Source of the DNA: Pseudonocardiales bacterium
GTDB taxonomy: Bacteria > Actinomycetota > Actinomycetes > Mycobacteriales > Pseudonocardiaceae
Length of the DNA stretch: 64,000 bases
Direction of reading: 5' to 3'
Assembly (NCBI GenBank): GCA_003244055.1
Contig: QHBZ01000217.1
Coordinates: 8,750 to 72,749 of the forward strand
Positions 58,630-64,000 of this stretch are shown piece by piece. Below the pieces are notes generated by a model. It saw nothing but the letters and a program-made list of their open reading frames with translations. It made no database searches and was not told the origin of the DNA. The stretch's first letter is position 1. Every line of letters starts with the position of its first letter. The translations under genes and the position numbers were made by a program.

Positions 58630-59640
58630 GTGCGGCTCGGTGTGCTCGATGTGGGCTCCAATACCGTCCACCTGTTGGTGGTAGATGCGCACCACGGCGC
58701 CGCCCCGTTGCCGCAGACCTCAGAGAAGTCGGTGCTGAGGTTGGCCGAGCAGATGGACGCCCGCGGGAAGATCACCCGGGCGGGCGCCGATCATCTGATC
58801 CGCACCGTGCACGACGCCGTTGCGTCGGCCGCCGCGATGGGCTGCGAGGATCTGATGGCCTTCGCCACCTCGGCGGTGCGTGATGCGTCCAACTCCGCAG
58901 CGGTGCTCAACCGGGTGCAGGCCGAAACCGGGGTCGAGCTCTTAGTCCTCGACGGCGAGGAGGAGGCCAGCCTCACGTTCCTCGCGGTCCGCCGGTGGTG
59001 TGGTTGGTCAGCCGGCCGGCTACTCATGATCGACATCGGCGGGGGCTCACTGGAGATCGCCAGTGGGATCGACGAGGAACCTGACGTGGCGGTGTCGCTC
59101 CCGCTGGGCGCCGGGCGGCTCACCCGAGCCTGGCTGGGGCACGACCCGCCCCGCCGTCGCGAGCTGGAAGCCCTGCGTGAGCACATCGTCGAGCAGCTCG
59201 CGGAGCCGGCGCGGAAGCTGCGCGAGGCGGGTACCCCGGACCGGGTAGTGGGCACCTCGAAGACGATCCGGTCGCTGGCCCGGCTCAGCGGTGCCGCACC
59301 ATCCTCGGCGGGACCTCGGGTCCGGCGTACGCTCACCGATGCCGGGCTGCGCCAGGTGATCGCCTTCGTATCCCGGATGAGCGCCGAGGACCTGGCCGAG
59401 CTGGAGGGAGTCAGCGCCAGCCGGTCACACCAGCTCGTCGCCGGAGCCCTGGTGGTCCAAGCCACGATGCGTGCTCTGGGCGTCGATGAGATGAGCCTTT
59501 GCCCGTGGGCGTTGCGGGAGGGTGTGATTTTGCGCAGGTTGGATTGGTTGGATTGGTTGGACGGAATCGACCGGACGGCGCAGCCTGGGCGCCGCCCACC
59601 TAAACGTACTAGACGCACAGTGGCCAGAGGTGCACGGTGA
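58630..59640 (+). CDS. Ppx/GppA family phosphatase (Rv0496-like position)
   Basis: VRLGVLDVGSNTVHLLVV...IDIGGGSLEI. Confidence 0.9.
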   Translation: MRLGVLDVGSNTVHLLVVDAHHGAAPLPQTSEKSVLRLAEQMDARGKITRAGADHLIRTVHDAVASAAAMGCEDLMAFATSAVRDASNSAAVLNRVQAETGVELLVLDGEEEASLTFLAVRRWCGWSAGRLLMIDIGGGSLEIASGIDEEPDVAVSLPLGAGRLTRAWLGHDPPRRRELEALREHIVEQLAEPARKLREAGTPDRVVGTSKTIRSLARLSGAAPSSAGPRVRRTLTDAGLRQVIAFVSRMSAEDLAELEGVSASRSHQLVAGALVVQATMRALGVDEMSLCPWALREGVILRRLDWLDWLDGIDRTAQPGRRPPKRTRRTVARGAR

Positions 59641-59646
59641 GAAATC

Positions 59647-60546
59647 ATGAGGCGCAGTAGCGAGCCGCAGGAGCGGGCGCAGTTCACCGTGGCTGAGCTG
59701 CTGGCCCGGTACGGCGATCCGGCCCCGACCGGCGGGCGGCGACGCCGCCGGGCCGCCGACGACGGCGATGGCGACGATGGCGACGGCGACCGCGTAGCGG
59801 ACACCGCGATCGGGCGCGATGCTGCGCAGCCGGTCGTGGAGCGGAACTGGGCCAGCAGCCCAGACTCGACCCAGCCACACCTCACCGGTCCCATCCGTCA
59901 GCAGTGGGCCCCAGCGGTAGGACCACCGTCGCCGGCCGTGGGACGAGGGCCGGTGGCCCCTCCGGCGCTGCCCAGGCGAGCGCCGCTGCCCCGAACCGCC
60001 GCCGTTGAACTGCCCATGGCTCCTGAACGACCCAGCGCAACTCAACGACCCAGCGCAACTCCGTCTGACGGCCCGGTCACCGAGCAGCTGCCGCGGCTTG
60101 ATCCGGCGCCGGTGAACCCCACTGCCTGGTCGAGCCGTAGTCCGGCCAGCGCGTATCCAAGTCCTCGCGCCGATCCAGCTAGTAGCGAACCGCCCGCTGG
60201 GCTGCGCACCGCCAACCGTGCCATCGCGGACCCGATCGGGGACGCCATCGCCACGGAGGAGGGCCAGGCGCAGCAGGCCGGCTCGCCGCTGTGGGAGTGG
60301 GCGGTCATGGTGAGCCAGGTAGGGATCGGCGTTGTCGGGGGCGCTGCGCTGTGGCTGATCTGCGAGTGGCTCTGGCAGCGGATCCCGGTGGTGGCGCTGG
60401 TCGTCGCCCTGGCCGTGATCACCGGCCTGGTCTGGGTGGTGCGCCGGGTGCGCCGGGCCGAGGATCTGCAGACGACCGTCGTCGCGGTGCTCGTCGGCCT
60501 GTTCGTCACAGTGTCCCCGGCGGCGCTGCTGCTCGTCGGCCGATAG
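59647..60546 (+). CDS. Pro-rich protein with C-terminal TM segments (Rv0497-like position)
   Basis: Low-complexity Pro/Ala region followed by two TM helices. It contains an 18-bp tandem duplication at 60025-60060 (ERPSAT/QRPSAT). Confidence 0.7.
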   Translation: MRRSSEPQERAQFTVAELLARYGDPAPTGGRRRRRAADDGDGDDGDGDRVADTAIGRDAAQPVVERNWASSPDSTQPHLTGPIRQQWAPAVGPPSPAVGRGPVAPPALPRRAPLPRTAAVELPMAPERPSATQRPSATPSDGPVTEQLPRLDPAPVNPTAWSSRSPASAYPSPRADPASSEPPAGLRTANRAIADPIGDAIATEEGQAQQAGSPLWEWAVMVSQVGIGVVGGAALWLICEWLWQRIPVVALVVALAVITGLVWVVRRVRRAEDLQTTVVAVLVGLFVTVSPAALLLVGR

Positions 60547-60549
60547 CCG

Positions 60550-61335
60550 GTGTCGCCGGCCGACTCGATCCGGGTCGCCCTGTCCACCGCCTCGACCTGG
60601 CCCGAACCGATCTCCGTTGCCTTCCGGCTAGCCGCCGAACTCGGTTATGACGGCGTCGAGGTGATGGTCTGGGGCGACCCGGTCAGCCAGGACATCGCCG
60701 CCGTCGCGGCGCTGGCGGATCGCTACCGGATGCCCGTGCTCGCCCTGCACGCCCCCTGCTTGCTGATCACCCAACGCGTGTGGGCGGCAAATCCGGCGGT
60801 ACGGCTGGAACGCGCCGTGCAAGCGGCCACCGAACTCGGTGCCGGCATCGTGGTGGTGCACCCCCCGTTTCGCTGGCAACGAGACTACGCCACGGATTTC
60901 GGTGCGCAGGTCGCTGCGCTGGAGGCGTCCTCCGGGCTGGCTATCGCAGTGGAGAACATGTTCCCGGTGCGCCGTGGCCGCCTTGAGGTGTCCAGCTATG
61001 TGCCCTCACCCGATCCCACCGACGTCGGGTACCCGCATTACACGCTGGATCTGTCGCATACCGCAGCGGCCGGCGTCGACGCGCTGGGGCTGGCGGCGCG
61101 GATGGGCCGCCAGCTGACCCACGTGCATCTGGCAGACGGCAGCGGCGCGCCGCGCGACGAGCACCTGGTGCCCGGTCGGGGCAGTCAACCTTGCGCCGAA
61201 ATGTGCCTGGAGTTGGGGGACCGCGGGTTCACCGGCACCGTCGTGCTCGAAGTGAGTACCCGCCGGGCCCGTACCCATCGGGAGCGCCGTGGGTTGCTGA
61301 CCGAGGCGCTGCTCTTCGCGCGCCTGCACCTTTGA
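60550..61335 (+). CDS. sugar phosphate isomerase/epimerase (xylose isomerase-like TIM barrel; Rv0498-like position)
   Basis: GYDGVEVMVW...VVVHPP...AVENM...HVHLADG. Confidence 0.85.
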   Translation: MSPADSIRVALSTASTWPEPISVAFRLAAELGYDGVEVMVWGDPVSQDIAAVAALADRYRMPVLALHAPCLLITQRVWAANPAVRLERAVQAATELGAGIVVVHPPFRWQRDYATDFGAQVAALEASSGLAIAVENMFPVRRGRLEVSSYVPSPDPTDVGYPHYTLDLSHTAAAGVDALGLAARMGRQLTHVHLADGSGAPRDEHLVPGRGSQPCAEMCLELGDRGFTGTVVLEVSTRRARTHRERRGLLTEALLFARLHL

Positions 61336-61439
61336 GTGGCCCGGCAACGAGTCAATAGTCTGAATGGGTGTATCGTGCGTGCTGCTTTCCAGCAAAGTGG
61401 GCAGTACTGGTGAATCACTAAGGAGTGTGAAGGCCTGCC

Positions 61440-61700
61440 ATGAACATGCTCATCATCGTCGAGATCGTCGCCGCGATCATCGTGCTTGCTGCCGCAGTGC
61501 GGTTCGCTGTGCGGGACACCCGGCGGCGTAGCGGTGCCAGCCTGCAGCAGCCGTCTGGGCCTCAGGACACCCGCGAGGTGGCGGAGCGCGAGGCCGAACA
61601 GCATCGCAGCGAGGTCACTGATCAGCGAGACGGCGAAGAGGCCACCGCGGTGAGTGTCTCGTCCACCACCAGCCCGGAGCCGCCCGCAGACCAGCACTGA
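61440..61700 (+). CDS. small single-TM acidic protein
   Basis: MNMLIIVEIVAAIIVLAAAVRF followed by a charged tail. AAGGAG lies 14 nt upstream. Confidence 0.5.
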   Translation: MNMLIIVEIVAAIIVLAAAVRFAVRDTRRRSGASLQQPSGPQDTREVAEREAEQHRSEVTDQRDGEEATAVSVSSTTSPEPPADQH

Positions 61701-61767
61701 GCGCGCTGGAGGGCCCGACCCGGCGACTGCGCCAGCTGAGCTGGCACTGGCACTGGCACGCGCTAGC

Positions 61768-62697
61768 GTGCACGCTGTGCTGCGTCCGCTGATCCTGTCC
61801 GTTGCCGGCAACCCGGCAGTACGCAGGCTTGTCGCCACCGCACCGGTGAGCCGTTACCTGGTCAGCCGATTCGTCGCGGGGGTGAGCACCCAGCAGGCGG
61901 TGGCCGCCACTATCACCCTGGTGGCCGACGGCCTGGCGGTGACCCTGGACCATCTCGGGGAGGGCGTCGAAGACGAGGCCGGTACGCAGTCCACTGTGCA
62001 GGCCTATCTCGAACTGCTGGCTTGCTTGGCAGCCGAGGGCCTGACCAATCGGGCAGAGCTCAGCGTGAAGCTGTCCGCTGTGGGTCAGCGCCTGGACGAG
62101 GCGCTTGCGCTGCGCAACGCCGCTCGGATCTGCGCCGCCGCCGAGCAGACCGGGACCACCGTCTGCCTGGACGCTGAGGACCATACCGTCACCGACTCCA
62201 CCCTGCGGGTACACGCCGAACTGCGCCGCAGCTGGCCCGCGACGGGCGCGGTACTGCAGGCATACCTGCGTCGCACGCTGGATGACTGCCGGGCGTTGGC
62301 GGTCGAGGGAGCCCGGGTGCGGTTGTGTAAGGGCGCCTACGCCGAACCGCCCGAGCTGGCGTTCCGGACCTCGGAAGAGGTCGCGCGTAGTTTTGTGCGT
62401 TGCGCCAATGTGCTGCTCGCCGGACCGGGCTACCCGATGTTCGCCACCCACGATCCGCGGCTGATCGACATCGTGGGCGAACGGACCCGCTGGTACGGGC
62501 GCCCACCGAGCAGCTTTGAGTACCAGATGCTCTACGGGGTGCGTCCGGCCGAGCAGCGACGGTTGGCCGCCGCCGGCAACACCGTGCGGGTGTACCTGCC
62601 CTACGGCTCGGATTGGTACTCCTACCTCACCCGACGGCTTGCCGAGCGGCCTGGCAACCTCGCCTTCTTCCTGCGCGCCGCGGTGTCGGGCAACTGA
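61768..62697 (+). CDS. proline dehydrogenase
   Basis: RFVAGVSTQQAV...VTLDHLGE...VCLDAEDH...VRLCKGAY...ATHD...EYQMLYGV. Confidence 0.85.
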   Translation: MHAVLRPLILSVAGNPAVRRLVATAPVSRYLVSRFVAGVSTQQAVAATITLVADGLAVTLDHLGEGVEDEAGTQSTVQAYLELLACLAAEGLTNRAELSVKLSAVGQRLDEALALRNAARICAAAEQTGTTVCLDAEDHTVTDSTLRVHAELRRSWPATGAVLQAYLRRTLDDCRALAVEGARVRLCKGAYAEPPELAFRTSEEVARSFVRCANVLLAGPGYPMFATHDPRLIDIVGERTRWYGRPPSSFEYQMLYGVRPAEQRRLAAAGNTVRVYLPYGSDWYSYLTRRLAERPGNLAFFLRAAVSGN

Positions 62698-62776
62698 GCG
62701 GCCGGCGACGGGGCGGCCGGTGATTGGATTGGGCGGCCGCCGGTTGGTCGTCGGGTGACTGTGGCACCGTGACGCC

Positions 62777-63586
62777 ATGACCACGATCGCTGTCCTTGGC
62801 ACCGGCAAGATCGGCGAGGCCCTGCTTTCCGGGTTGCTCGATGCCGGCCGCAGCCCGGACGACCTGATGTTCACGGAGCGCTATCCCGACCGCGCCGCTG
62901 AACTCGAGCAGACCTACCGGGTCCGTGCGGTCGACACCGCCACCGCCGCAGGAAAGGCCGACGTCCTGATCGTCGCGGTGAAGCCGCAGGACATCGATCC
63001 ACTCCTGGCCGAGCTCGCCGGACTGATCCGTCCCAACGCCTTGGTGGTGAGCTTGTGCGCGGGGTTGCCCACCGCGCTCTACGAGCGTCGGCTTCCCGAC
63101 GGTGTGCCCGTCGTGCGGGTGATGCCCAACACCCCGATGCTGGTCGGCGAGGCGATGAGCGCGATATCCGCCGGCCGCTTCGCAGACGACGCGCATTTGC
63201 AGCTGACCGAGGCCTTACTGGGCAGCGTGGGCAAGGTGGTCCGGGTGCCGGAAAGCCAACAGGACGCCGTCACCGCCCTGTCCGGGTCCGGCCCAGCCTA
63301 CTTCTTCTACCTGGTCGAGGCGATGATCGACGCGGGGATCATGCTCGGGTTACCCCGGCCGATGGTGACCGAGCTGATCACCCAATCCGCGGTGGGGGCC
63401 GCCCGGATGTTGCGCGAAACCGGTGAGCACCCGGTGCTGCTCCGAGAGGCGGTGACCTCTCCCGGCGGTACGACGATCATGGCGATTCGGGAGTTGGAAC
63501 GCCACGGTGTGCGGGCAGCGTTATTGGCCGCCATCGAGGCGGCTCGAGATCGATCGATCGAACTCGGAGCTGCCCATCGTGACTGA
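62777..63586 (+). CDS. proC: pyrroline-5-carboxylate reductase
   Basis: IAVLGTGKIGEAL...AVKPQD...MPNTP...SGSGPAYFFY...VTSPGGTT. Confidence 0.95.
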   Translation: MTTIAVLGTGKIGEALLSGLLDAGRSPDDLMFTERYPDRAAELEQTYRVRAVDTATAAGKADVLIVAVKPQDIDPLLAELAGLIRPNALVVSLCAGLPTALYERRLPDGVPVVRVMPNTPMLVGEAMSAISAGRFADDAHLQLTEALLGSVGKVVRVPESQQDAVTALSGSGPAYFFYLVEAMIDAGIMLGLPRPMVTELITQSAVGAARMLRETGEHPVLLREAVTSPGGTTIMAIRELERHGVRAALLAAIEAARDRSIELGAAHRD

Positions 63587-63619
63587 TGCTCACTACAACC
63601 ACTGATGCTCACTACAACC
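63582..63619. repeat. perfect 19-bp tandem duplication (ACTGATGCTCACTACAACC x2, plus a partial third copy to ~63637) starting in the proC stop codon
   Basis: Seen directly. Confidence 0.95.
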
Positions 63620-63748
63620 GACGGGAAGTACAACTGATCGGAGTCGCACGGCCACCACCAGTCCCGCTACTCTCATCAGAACTGGTGCGTTACGGACCGC
63701 GGGAGGGGAAGCCCAGCGGCGCGTGACGTAGTGAGGACGCGATGACTC

Positions 63749-63955
63749 ATGTTGATGAACGAGCAGGCTGGCACGGCCAAGGTACAGTTCCTTACGGTCG
63801 CCGAGGTGGCCGCGATGATGCGGGTATCCAAGATGACGGTATACCGGCTGGTACATGCGGGCGACCTGCCCGCGGTACGCGTCGGGCGTTCCTTCCGGGT
63901 TCCGGAGGCGGCCGTGCATGGTTACTTGGAGAACGCCTATTTCGATGCGGGATGA
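63749..63955 (+). CDS. excisionase/MerR-like small HTH DNA-binding protein (Rv0500A-like position)
   Basis: FLTVAEVAAMMRVSKMTVYRLVHAGDLPAVRVGRSFRV. Confidence 0.85.
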   Translation: MLMNEQAGTAKVQFLTVAEVAAMMRVSKMTVYRLVHAGDLPAVRVGRSFRVPEAAVHGYLENAYFDAG

Positions 63956-64000
63956 GATCAGGGTCGGGTGCCGGCTGCGGATCCGATGAGCGGTAACCTG

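Noticed and set aside
59538-59561. 9-bp tandem repeat GTTGGATTG x2.7 (encoding LDWLDWLD) in the Ppx/GppA gene, and an 18-bp duplication at 60025-60060 in the Pro-rich protein.
   Set aside because: Both are in frame, lie in non-conserved tails or low-complexity regions, and have no evident function. They are noted only as further examples of short duplications.

Overview
High-GC (about 70%) actinobacterial chromosome. From about 48.5 kb to the end, gene order matches the Mycobacterium tuberculosis Rv0476-Rv0500A neighbourhood: DUF2516, DUF2505, murB, SDR, mshA, YbjN-like, gpmA, senX3-regX3, ppx-like, Pro-rich membrane protein, TIM-barrel isomerase, proC and a small excisionase-type HTH. All of these genes look intact. 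The region from about 7 to 42 kb is accessory and heavily decayed. I count at least 17 frameshifted, truncated or end-to-end fused gene remnants there: PEBP, a YciI-linked ECF sigma, a folE paralog, ferredoxin reductase, DUF72, NUDIX, a cupin-like gene, a membrane protein, a TauE fragment, a DUF222 gene, an ACR3-ArsC fusion, an XRE/DUF5753 gene, and four fragments of a hyc/Rv0083-87-type membrane hydrogenase-like complex. Intact selfish or small modules sit among them: VapBC, DUF6879+XRE/DUF5753, and one DUF222-HNH gene. Other intact content includes ilvD, a penicillin-binding lipoprotein, MFS and APC transporters, a class F sortase with a substrate, arsM, and crcB-crcB with a triple DUF190 protein. 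I found no tRNA, rRNA or CRISPR array. The most system-like unexplained locus is at 1.2-5.9 kb. It is a tightly packed putative operon of a 45-aa Arg-rich ORF, an ABC exporter, a stand-alone Ser/Thr kinase with a degenerate nucleotide-binding loop, and an ABC-F ATPase. Other unexplained structure:
- very long perfect palindromes at 19801-19850, 26077-26122 and 52793-52856;
- a 23-nt module shared by the 3' ends of two unrelated genes;
- 104-bp direct repeats bracketing a low-GC insert;
- several perfect tandem duplications;
- a low-GC non-coding-looking island where M. tuberculosis has Rv0488.
All family assignments come from motif recognition by eye, not from database searches.
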